Source: Octopus sinensis
Lineage: Eukaryota
Direction: 5' to 3'
Assembly: GCF_006345805.1 (NCBI RefSeq)
Contig: NW_021834663.1
Span: 1 to 59,194, forward strand
DNA: 59,194 nucleotides
The stretch's first letter is position 1. Every line of letters starts with the position of its first letter. Of the stretch, positions 25,663-36,209 are shown one piece after another. A model generated the notes under the pieces. It was not told where the DNA came from and did no database searches. It saw only the letters and a list, made by a program, of their open reading frames with translations. The translations under genes and the position numbers were made by a program.

Positions 25663-26604
25663 ATGGCTCTAAATAAATGTCGTCGTTTTTTACCATGCAT
25701 ACTGTTGATATTTATAGCCGTTATTATAATACTATTCCCTTATCGGCAACCAACATTTATTCCTAAAGAATGGTTGTATAGTATGTCAGTTAAAATCAAG
25801 AATAAAGTAATACTTTGGAAGCAACCAGATCTCAGTAAGATTCGTGCTGGCATACATTACCCGAAAAGGTTTTCCACCAATAAAGATGAAAAGCTATTTC
25901 AAATTTATCGGACAGACTTAAATTCAGTGGAAATGGAAATGTTTTTACGAACAGTTTCACTATTTTCAAGAGCGCTTTCAAGTGCCAATATCACACATAT
26001 GGTATACGGTGGTACAGCTATTGGGTCTAGACGGCATCATGGTTTTATACCATGGGATGATGATATTGACGTCTGGATAAACAAAACAGAAAAGAAAAAA
26101 TCTAAAGGGATATTAAGTTCAATACCTAAATTCGGTCTTTATTCTCCGAATAATTTTCAGTGGAAATTTTTTTATAAAAATTTAAAGACTTTAAAACAGA
26201 AACCATTCAGATGGCCTTATATAGATATATTTTACTTTGAAGAAAACGCAACTCATATCTGGGACGAACTGCCTCCACATCGTACGCGGTATCATAAAAA
26301 GTCTATAATATTCCCACTTTATGACAGGAAGTTTCAGTCAATCAAATTACCTACCCCCTGTGCGATAGATAAATTTGTTGGTGAATCCGCAATAAAGAAT
26401 TGCCAGTCTTCGTCATATAGTCATAGAATGGAAGGGTCTGTACCTGCTAAATTTCATATGAAGGTACTCTGCAGTAAACTGTATCATCTACATCCCTTTG
26501 TGTTTCGAACAAAGCACAACGAAACACATTATAAAGAGGAATTAAAGCAGAATGAGACACTCATACACAAGATATTTGTACCAACTAACTTATGCGCTAC
26601 ATGA
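25663..26604 (+). CDS. LicD/fukutin-family phosphotransferase, copy 2 (313 aa)
   Basis: About 90% amino-acid identity to copy 1, identical GFIPWDDDID core, intact ORF. Confidence 0.9.
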   Translation: MALNKCRRFLPCILLIFIAVIIILFPYRQPTFIPKEWLYSMSVKIKNKVILWKQPDLSKIRAGIHYPKRFSTNKDEKLFQIYRTDLNSVEMEMFLRTVSLFSRALSSANITHMVYGGTAIGSRRHHGFIPWDDDIDVWINKTEKKKSKGILSSIPKFGLYSPNNFQWKFFYKNLKTLKQKPFRWPYIDIFYFEENATHIWDELPPHRTRYHKKSIIFPLYDRKFQSIKLPTPCAIDKFVGESAIKNCQSSSYSHRMEGSVPAKFHMKVLCSKLYHLHPFVFRTKHNETHYKEELKQNETLIHKIFVPTNLCAT

Positions 26605-27946
26605 ATAAAATCAACGAAAATGACTGTTTTGTTGTGATATATATTTAATTTTTATACATGCATCGAAACTCAGCTGTGAATGAGCGTGTAGAAGTCTGTA
26701 TTTTTCATTTCAAATAGCTTATATATTCTAATAGCTCAATTTTTCGGTGTATTTTGTCATTTTGTGTTAAGTTTCGAAGGGTCATGAGCTTTCGTTCATT
26801 GAATCTTTGAGATATTAGTTTTATCTTCTGAATGAAATATAAATAGTAGTGACAAGTTTCTGTCTAGTTTTGTCGTAGTCATATATTGTGTCATTTTATG
26901 ATAGCTGTTTATTGCAAATGCATAGCGAGCCAAGGATTTGGAGAAGTTATACATAAATCAATACACTAAAAGCTTAATTACAAAACAATAACGAAAACAT
27001 TATACAAATTGCAAACATTGTGTGTTTGCTTTATTTTCAGATCGTATACAACTCATGAAAGTTTCCTCTTGAGTAGATTTTTGTTGGCATGTTTTCTTAT
27101 ATATATATATATATATATCTGTGCAGACAGATAGACTGACAGACACACACATATGTGTTTGTGTGTGTGTATGTATGATAAATAAGGCCTTGATTTGTGC
27201 CCGTAAGTTTGTCAATATCCCTTGCTCAGACATTGGCGTAATTGTATCGGCAAAGAAGACCCCCATTTCTTACAATGAACATGATTGGCGGACGCTGGAC
27301 GCCACCGATTTATTTCATATCACTACGGGATCATCCGATTCTGGGCTCGTGGCGGATTTGTTGGGCCTATACCTCATGTCACAGATCATGATAGCTTTCC
27401 CCTTCTGTCTGGAGGTGGGGTGTTATATAGTGATGATGCCCTTCTAGTTGTGCGTGGTCAGTCCAACTCTGCGCTTAATAGATTAAGGAAATCTCTGAGA
27501 GGTTTCCTAAAGGGTTTCTTTAATCTTAATATTGTTTTTTACGTCAACACCAGAGTGGTTAATTTCTTGGATGTCTCTTTAAACTTGGATACGGGGTTGT
27601 ACTATCCATTTCGGAAGCCTAATAGCTCCATCTTTTACATCAATACCTCCTCCAATTATCCGAAATCCACTATTAATGGTATTGTCACGTTATCTCGATC
27701 AGAATCTCCAGTCTGTCTGCTAATGGAGAGATAGTTGATCTACATGCGCCTGTGTATAACAATTCTCTTAAATAAAGCGGCTTTAAGAAGAAGATATATT
27801 ATATGCCCAACACGAGTTTTAAAAATAAATTGGCTGGTGTACCACCTGACCATGTCGCGATTAGCCTGGAGAATTGCAGTGCATTATCTGACCGCAATCA
27901 AGTTATGCCTTAGACTAGGCATATACATATATATATATATATATAT

Positions 27947-28040
27947 CAACAATTGAGGGTAAAATTAATTAGTTATTAATCAATTTCACCAAGTATTCAG
28001 TATGTAAAAGGACCATTTAAGGCGAAATATATATATATAT

Positions 28041-28087
<47 letters not shown>

Positions 28088-28150
28088 ATATATATACGTA
28101 TATATGTATATATATACATATATATTACATATATACGTATATATATACAT

Positions 28151-28190
<40 letters not shown>

Positions 28191-28270
28191 TTCGCCTTAA
28201 ATGGTCCTTTTACATACTGAATACTTGGTGAAATTGATTAATAACTAATTAATTTTACCCTCAATTGTTG
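27947..28270. repeat. Near-perfect 324-bp palindrome with a mirrored microsatellite core
   Basis: caacaattgagggt...ttaaggcgaaa (about 82 bp) is the exact reverse complement of tttcgcc...caattgttg; (TA)(TG) mirrors (CA)(TA). Confidence 0.9.
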
Positions 28271-28277
28271 ATATATT

Positions 28278-28323
<46 letters not shown>

Positions 28324-29389
28324 CCCCCAGGGGACTGTCTTGGGTCCGCTACTCTTCGTAATTTACATAAACGACCTTTCCAGTGTCGTACATTACTGCA
28401 AAGTGAAAACATTTGCCGATGACACTAAGCTCCAGCACATCGTCAATGAAGAAGCAGACCGAACTCAACTCCAGTCTGATCTATATGCTGTGAGTCAATG
28501 GGCAGACAGAAACAAAATGCAACTGAACGAGGGAAAATTTGAGCTGATGCATTTTGGAAGAAATTCCTCACTAAAACAGCCATACGCTCTTCCTTCAAGG
28601 GAACCGCGCACAGCCTCTAACAATATCAGCGACCTGGGTGTAATTGTTGATAACGATCTCAGTTGGAGTGCACACATCAACAAGAAGGTCGATATAGCTC
28701 GTAGGATGAGTTCCTGGATCTTACGAACTTTCCGGTCCAGAGAACAAGGTGTCATCATACCACTTCCACTTTTCTCCTTTGTACGGCCGCACCTCGAATA
28801 CTGCTACCCACTGTGGTCTCCCCATACAAGACAAAACATCTCGAGGATTGAATCACCCCAGAGGGCACTCACTAAACGAATTGAAGACATGGCTGCTCTC
28901 GATTATTGGGATCGCCTTAAAGCCTTGAAACTCTACTCTCTCCAGCGTCGCCGTGAGCGGTACATCATTTGTACGATGTGGAGAATATACCGTCAACTTT
29001 GCCCAAACGACCTGAACATTAGCTTCAAGGTTCATCCAAGACTGGGAACACGGGCCATACGTCCCCTGCCCAATTCAAGATCACAGCATACATGTACACT
29101 GCAACATAATTTCTTTTCCTCAACAGGCCCTGCCCTATTTAACATTGTCCCGAAAGAGATCAAAGAGGAAAAGGATCCCATCAACCTTAAACGGAGTCTG
29201 GATAGATTCCTTCAAAGAATACCAGATAAGCCACCCATTATTGGATACAACTCACCCAACAAAAACTCACTACTTGAATGGACCATAAACAAAACTTGAC
29301 TTAAACAGGATTCGAATAATCCTACCAGGTGGTGCTATTAAGTTAGACATGGCCTGGACCAATCTTTGGTCGAAACATATCTAAGTTTA
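28324..29389 (+). mobile_element. 5'-truncated CR1/L2-group LINE: RT C-terminal half and 3' UTR
   Basis: PQGTVLGPLLFVIYINDL...FADDTKL...DLGV...RPHLEY in one open frame to 29299; 3' UTR with a stem-loop and aagtttat tail; inserted in (TA)n. Confidence 0.9.
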
Positions 29390-30429
29390 TATATATATAT
29401 ATGTATATATATGGGAACAGATATCGGAATTTAGATAGTGGCAGTGAAGAAATGGTAAAAACCAAGAACTAGTGGTGTAGAATACGGGAGGTTTTATGGT
29501 TTACCCCTCCTTTTTCCTTTTGGGTTAGAAATTTACCCAAGATGTTCTTTAGGATTCTGAAGGAGAATTTCACAAATAATCATAAATATTATAGTATCTG
29601 TAATAAGTCTTCTATTAAGTTCTCCTATTCGGCAATGCCTAGCTTAGCCTCTACTATTGCGTCCATTAATAAGAACAAATTAATTGGACAGTGGAGCGAG
29701 AAATATTCCTCTGATATAGAGCAGGTTAGCTCTAACACGCAGGTTAACTTTAACACACCCGGTAGTGAAATATATGAAGGAAGAAATGCTGAAAGCCAAT
29801 TAGATACTGTAAGCATTAATAATAGGGCTAAGGATGGATCTAGTAAAACCTGAACTTATAGGGACCGTGACTTATGTCCCCTTAAGGGGATTTGTCTCAC
29901 GACTAACGTAGTATGTAAATGTGTGGTTAAAGAGGAGAATGGTTCGGATAAGTGTCATACAGGTGGTACAATAAATTTTAACACAATGTATAGGACCCAC
30001 ATGAGTTTGTTTTCTAATGAAAGATACCGTAACTTCACGATGCTGGCATTTTACATACATCTTCTAAAGAGGGATAATAAAAGACACTCCTTGGAATGGT
30101 CCCTTATTTCAAGGGCCCCAAAATTTAAGGCTAATATTAATAAATGTAAACCATGTGTGAAGGAATCCCTTGCTATCCTTAGGTCCTTCAGGCCCAAAAC
30201 GTTAAATAAATTTGCTGAATTGATCCCCTTTTGCAATCTCAAATTCTCTTCCACTTTTTTGAGAGCGTATCGAAATAAAAATAGATGTAGTAAAAAATGA
30301 AGTTTGGCATTACATGAAATTGAACCCGGCGTATTTAGCTTTAGAAATAGTCAACGTCTTTGTTTTTTTTATCTTTAAGCATGTAAAGTAGGCTTCCGGT
30401 ACGATAAGGTTATCCTGGCCTTGTATATA

Positions 30430-30662
30430 TATTTCTGTACTGCCCACAAAGGGCTAAACACAGAGGGGACAAACAAGGGCAGACAAAGGGATTAAGTCGA
30501 TTATATCGACCCCAGTGCGAAACTGGTACTTTATTTATCGACCCCGAAAGGGATGAAAGGCAAAGTCGACCTCGGTGGAATTTGAACTCAGAACGTAACG
30601 ACAGACTAAATACCGCTAAGCATATTGCCCGGCATGCTAACGTTTCTGCCAGCTCGCCGCCT
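30430..30662 (-). mobile_element. SINE family A with 16-bp target-site duplication
   Basis: TSD tcctggccttgtatat at 30413-30428 and 30664-30679. Confidence 0.9.
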
Positions 30663-30696
30663 TTCCTGGCCTTGTATATGTACCCTATCTCTCTTT

Positions 30697-30782
30697 TCAT
30701 CCTGATAAGGGGGGCCTTTGCTGTGATATGCATCAATAGCAATCTAACTATGGTGATATGCTCCCGAAATGGCTATAGATGA
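30697..30782 (+). ncRNA. Type I hammerhead ribozyme motif in the PLE 3' repeat, G8-to-A variant
   Basis: tcatc-CTGATAA-ggggg...ctccc-GAAA-t-ggct-a-TA-gatga: stem I 5 bp, stem II 5 bp, minimal stem III, AUA cleavage triplet. Confidence 0.65.
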
Positions 30783-31318
30783 CGTGTCTAGTTTTAATTG
30801 GTGGAGCCTTACTCTTGAACTATTATATTCTGTATGGACGTAATTTTTGATTTGGAAAAAATTACGCATGGTTTTTTTCATTCATAGATTATTACCTTTT
30901 GGTGTGAGTGAAGTAAATATAACTTTTTAGTCGATTTATTCTTTATTTATTTACCCGCTTTCTCAATATTTTTAGTCTTATAAAGTATTTTATAAATTTT
31001 TAGTCGTTTTTTGATGGGACGTTTCTATACGTGTTTTTTTTTCGCATATATGTATATTTTTATGCTGGTGGTTTTCTGCATTTGTCTGTCTTATTCATTT
31101 TATATTTTGATTTATATATTATGAAAGCCTTGGTAATATTTACTTATATATAATGTATGTCGGAGGTTTGAGACCGTCGTTAATTCATTTTAATGTTTGT
31201 TCGATGACCCATGTTTAATTATCCTTGCCTCATTCATATGAGCACTTCTTTTTTGCAGCCCTATTCGTTCTTTGTCTCTTTGAAAGAAACAATAGTTATT
31301 CTTGAAGTATTATATATA

Positions 31319-31758
31319 TCTCTCTATATATAAACGGCAGTTTGTCTGTCTGTGTGTCTGTGTGTCTGTCAGGTTGTACCCTCACCCTGACCACGGCTTT
31401 CAACCGATTCTGATGAAAATTGACACACACATAGCCCAATGTCATAATTCAAAATTAACGCAGTGAAAATTTTGAAAAGTTCCCCCAGTTCTGAAAAAGT
31501 ATTCGAATAACTTGCGGCTGCAGCAGCTATTAGCAGAAGTGGCGGTGTTGGGGGTAAAGTCTCGAATGTAATTTCTTCATGGTAGGAAGTGGTTGGGTTG
31601 AATTATCGATAGCTGTTTAATAGTTATTTGGGAGTGAAGAGAAGACATTGCAACCTACACATGCGCCTTCGTTCCCTAGAGGGAAAGGACTAGATTGGGA
31701 TTAGTCGTTGCCTACTAGGGGCTTTTACATACCCGGGCAGTGCCGGGCTGTGCTGCTA

Positions 31759-31759
<1 letters not shown>
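31319..31759 (+). mobile_element. Non-autonomous Helitron at the unit 2/3 junction
   Basis: 5' TC...tatatataaacggcag with a GTCT microsatellite; 3' cccgg-gcagtg-ccggg hairpin, then ctgtgctgCTAG|T. Absent at the unit 1/2 junction. Confidence 0.8.
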
Positions 31760-31819
<60 letters not shown>

Positions 31820-32413
31820 GGTAGATTCGTGGGTGTGTGCATGTGTGCATGTGTGTCTGTTTGTTGTCCTACTACCGCTTAACAAACGATGGTGGCTTTT
31901 TGCATCCTCTTAACTTAGTACTTTGGCAAAAGAGTGCAACAGAGTAAGTACCAGGATTACCATAATTACTGGAGTTGATAGGATTGGATAACACGACAAT
32001 CATCTATTAGTAAAATCTATTTAATTAGCTCCAAACATTAAATAAAATATATAATATTGTTAATTTTTTAATATTATCCTTCTTCAACAAATGTCATATA
32101 ATTTCTCTTTCCATTTATTGTTTCAGATATGTAAATGACCGATAAGAAGCATTTTAAAGTAACGATCCCGCTGTTAATCGTTTAATATGGAAAATTGCCT
32201 CTTCGATCTGTTCAACAAAGTTTCTAACGAAAGTAATTAAACATTATGAATCATATTACTCGTGGAACGACCTGAAAGTTAGCACACAAATGTTTATAGT
32301 TTCTAAACATGACTCGGAAAATAAAGGTTCAATATTGATCGGCTGTTTTCCTTTTATGGAGAAATCTATATTGTAATAGGCTTGAAAGAAAGAGTTGAAA
32401 CGAAAAAATTGAT

Positions 32414-33351
32414 ATGGCTCTAAATAAATGTCGTTTTTTACCATGCATACTGTTGATATTTATAGCCGTAATTATAATACTATTCCCTCATCGGCAACCA
32501 ACATTTATTCCTAAAGAATGGTTGTATAGCATGTCAGTTAAAATCAAGAATAAAGTAGTACTTTGGAAGCAACCAGATCTCAGTAAGATTCGTGCTGTCA
32601 TACATTACCCGAAAAAGTTTTCCACCAATAAAGATGAAAAGCTACTGCAAGTTTATCCGACAGGCCTAAATTCAGTGGAAATGGAAATGTTTTTACGAAC
32701 GGTTTCACTATTTTCAAGAGCGCTTTCAAGTGCCAATATCACACATCTGGTATACGGTGGTACAGCTATTGGGTCTAGACGACATCATGGTTTTATACCA
32801 TGGGATGATGATATTGACGTCTGGATAAACAAAACAGAAAAGACAAAAACCAAAGGGATTTTAAGTTCAATACCAAATTACGGTCTTTATTCTCCGAATA
32901 ATTATCAGTGGAAATTTTTTATAAAAATCTAAAGACATTAAAACAGAAACCATTCAGATGGCCTTATATAGATATATTTTACTTTGAAGAAAACGCAACT
33001 CATATCTGGGACGAACTGCCCCCACATCGTACGCGGTATTATAAAAAGTCTATAATATTCCCACTTTATGACAGGAAGTTTCAGTCAATCAAATTACCTA
33101 CCCCCTGTGCGATAGATAAATTTGTTGGTGAATCCGCAATAAAGAATTGCCAGTCTTCGTCATATAGTCATAGAATGGAATGGGTTCTACCTACTATGTT
33201 TCGTATGACGATGCCTTGCAGTAAACTATATCATCTACATCCCTTTGTGTTTCGAACAAAGCACAACGAAACACATTATAAAGAGGAATTAAAGCAGAAT
33301 GAGACACTCATACACAAGATATTTGTACCAACTAACTTATGCGCTACATGA
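32414..33351 (+). CDS. LicD/fukutin-family phosphotransferase, copy 3, with a -1 frameshift in a T run (pseudogene or sequencing error)
   Basis: ORFs 32414-32932 and 32908-33351 together give the full paralog. The run is T6 at 32915-32920 versus T7 in copies 1 and 2; there are no other lesions. Confidence 0.85.
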
Positions 33352-33776
33352 ATAAAATCAACGAAAATGACTGTTTTGTTGTGATATATATTTTATATTT
33401 ATATATGCATCGTAACTCAGTATGAAGTTATACAAAAATTAATACAACTTGAAACTTAATTATAAAAACAATAACGAAAACATTATACAAATTGCCAACA
33501 TTGTGTGTTTGCTTTATTTTCAGATCGTATACAACTCATGAAAGTTTCCTCTTGAGTAGATTTTTGTTGGCATGTTTTCTTATATATATATAATAATAAT
33601 AATAATATTAGGGAATAAATCCAAATTTACAGGGAAAAAATCAGATTTAGGATTAAATCCAATTTTATAGTAAAAATATTATATAATATTAATTCGAGAC
33701 AAAACCACTATTTTGCAAATCAAACAAGGAAAGACTTAATCAATACATAAAAATTTTAATATAAAGTAAATCTCCG

Positions 33777-33819
33777 CCACTACAATTGTTTCATGTCTTC
33801 AATGACATTCGTCAGGTGG
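33777..33819 (-). ncRNA. Minimal type I hammerhead ribozyme
   Basis: Minus strand: ccac-CTGACGA-atgtc-attgaa-gacat-GAAA-c-aatt-g-TA-gtgg. Core intact, GUA cleavage site, palindromic ACAATTGT in stem III. Confidence 0.8.
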
Positions 33820-33897
33820 ATTCCGATCTTCTAATCAGTTTTAATTTATGATAAATAAATTATGAATTAAATTAAAACTGATTAGAAGATCGGAAAT

Positions 33898-33941
33898 CCA
33901 CCTGACGAATGTCATTTGAAGACATGAAACAATGGTAGTGG
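33898..33941 (+). ncRNA. Minimal type I hammerhead ribozyme
   Basis: ccac-CTGACGA-atgtc-atttgaa-gacat-GAAA-c-aatg-g-TA-gtgg; core intact. Confidence 0.8.
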
Positions 33942-34036
33942 CGGTTTATTTACTTTATATTAAATTTTTTATGTATTGATTAAGTCTTTCCTTGTATGAT
34001 TTGCAAAATAGTGGTTTTGTCTCGAATTAATATTAT

Positions 34037-34039
<3 letters not shown>

Positions 34040-34116
<77 letters not shown>

Positions 34117-34225
34117 CTCTTTATCTTTTATTAAACTTTTAATACTTTTGATATATATTTATAAAAATTAATTAATTAATTAATAAAATAATATATAAAT
34201 ATAAAAAATACATACATATATATAT

Positions 34226-34287
<62 letters not shown>

Positions 34288-34736
34288 TTGTATATATATA
34301 TAAATTATAAGTTTAAATTATTTAAATATTTTTATGTATTGGCTTATGTTTTTCACTGTTTGATTTGCCTAATAGTGGTTTTATCTCTAATTTAATATAA
34401 TATATATATATATTTTTTGAGTATGCATGTACGAATAACTGCGCGTATATATATTTTACTATTTACTTATTTTTTGAGTATGCATGTAAGTATGAATATA
34501 AGGAGGCGCGTGTGTGTGTGTGTATGTGTAAGCATAGATATATGTATACTTTACGCATGTGTGTACTTATGTGATATATGGATGCGCGCGTGTGTGGTGT
34601 GTGTTTATGGGTACGCATGTACATGTGTATGTGCGTGTAGTGTATATATATGTATATGTGTGTGTATGCGTATGTGTGTGTATATATGTGTGTGTGTATA
34701 TATGTGTATGTATATATATATGTGAATATATATATG

Positions 34737-34801
<65 letters not shown>

Positions 34802-35600
34802 ATTTGTATGTAGGTGTATATGTATGTGTGTGTATTTATATTTATTGGTGTATATATATAGACTAGCCTTCTAAGAGTGTAGACATAAATCTGTAGGTAC
34901 GCGTACGTATGTGTATATACGTGAATGTATGTAGATGGATGTATGTATGAATATAACGCGTGCGTGCGTGTATGTGTATGAGTGTACGAATGAGTGAGAG
35001 TACGTGCTAAAGAGTGTGCGTGAGTGAATGAGTGCTTGTTTTCCAGTAGACAGATAAATGGACTGGCTGTCATAGCCAAGATGTTTGGTGACCAAGCGGC
35101 CAAAGATAACAAAAGTAATAAACGAAGATAATAAAATTAAAATTAGGGAATGGGTCGTATTAGTATGTGTATATATGTGTGTATGTGTAGGTTTGCATAG
35201 GTACACATATGTATATGTATACATGTATGTATATGTATGTATGTGTGTGTATATGTGTGTGTATGTGTATATATGTGTATATAGGGACTAGTGTGCTGTT
35301 GTGTGGCATGTGTGTGTGTGTGGATATGTGTGTGTATGCGTGTATGTGAGTATGTGTGTGTATTGTATATATATTTTCTGTGCGTATATGTATGTGAGGT
35401 CGTGTGTGTATATATACATGTTGTATACGTGTATGCATGTGAGTGTGTGTGTGTATACATATATGTGTATGTGTAGATATGTATATGCATGTGTATGTGT
35501 AAGTGTATATATATGTATATATAGTGTGGTGTATGTATGTGTGTATGTTATGTATATATGTTTGTATGTGTGTGTATGTATGTATACATGTGTGCATAGG
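34040..35600. repeat. Long compound AT/GT microsatellite and low-complexity tract
   Basis: Nearly continuous TA, TG and TATG repeats; a second block lies at 35925-36200. Confidence 0.9.
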
Positions 35601-35869
35601 TATAAGTGAGAATCTCCTTAGTTACCTAAAACTCTATCCCCCCTCCCTTTTTTTTATATATAGGTTTTTTTTTTATATAGGTTTTTTTTATTTTTTATTA
35701 TTTTATTATTTTATTATTTTTTTTTTTTATATTCTTCTATCTAATTTAACACTGACTCTTGACCACTCCCCCAAGTATGATATTTTGTGCTATGCCTACC
35801 CCCAAAAAGTCCCCCCCAACACCCCTAAACCTGCCTAATGTATAAATGCCAATACAATTCTTGTTAACT

Positions 35870-35919
35870 AGCTTCCTGAAGATTCTCTTGAATGAAACAG
35901 TTCTAGTCCTGTAGAAGCT
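35870..35919 (+). ncRNA. Type I hammerhead ribozyme motif, one nucleotide short at the core/stem II junction
   Basis: agcttc-CTGAAG(A)-ttc-tctt-gaat-GAA-acag-ttctagtc-ctgt-A-gaagct: stem I 6 bp, stem III 4 bp, GUA site. Confidence 0.65.
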
Positions 35920-35934
35920 CCTTCTATATAATAA

Positions 35935-35968
<34 letters not shown>

Positions 35969-36000
35969 ATATAATATATATATATATATATACATATACC

Positions 36001-36031
<31 letters not shown>

Positions 36032-36054
36032 TATACATATATATATATATATAC

Positions 36055-36095
<41 letters not shown>

Positions 36096-36098
36096 TAG

Positions 36099-36169
<71 letters not shown>

Positions 36170-36209
36170 TATACATGCATACAGACACACACACACATAT
36201 GTGTGTGTG

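Larger units (their letters stand above)
27170..31310 (+). mobile_element. Penelope-like element, unit 2: RT C-terminus, GIY-YIG domain and 3' pseudo-LTR, with nested insertions
   Basis: RT motifs at 27200-27700; linker FFRILKENF...KFSYSAMPSL at 29542-29660; CPL.G.CL...and GIY-YIG-like ...WSLISRA...CKPCVKE...LNKFAELIPFC at 29875-30250. Confidence 0.85.
33681..34038. repeat. Palindrome of about 360 bp (arms about 168 bp, spacer about 19 bp) carrying two hammerhead motifs
   Basis: 33681-33848 is the reverse complement of 33868-34038 with few mismatches. Confidence 0.9.

Noticed and set aside
28265-29299. 344-aa ORF as a functional reverse transcriptase gene
   Set aside because: It is 5'-truncated at the QG motif, and the start lies in the palindrome/TA run.
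29355-29380. gacc-aatcttt-ggtc-GAAAC as a hammerhead half
   Set aside because: There is no CUGANGA upstream; it is better read as the LINE 3' stem-loop.
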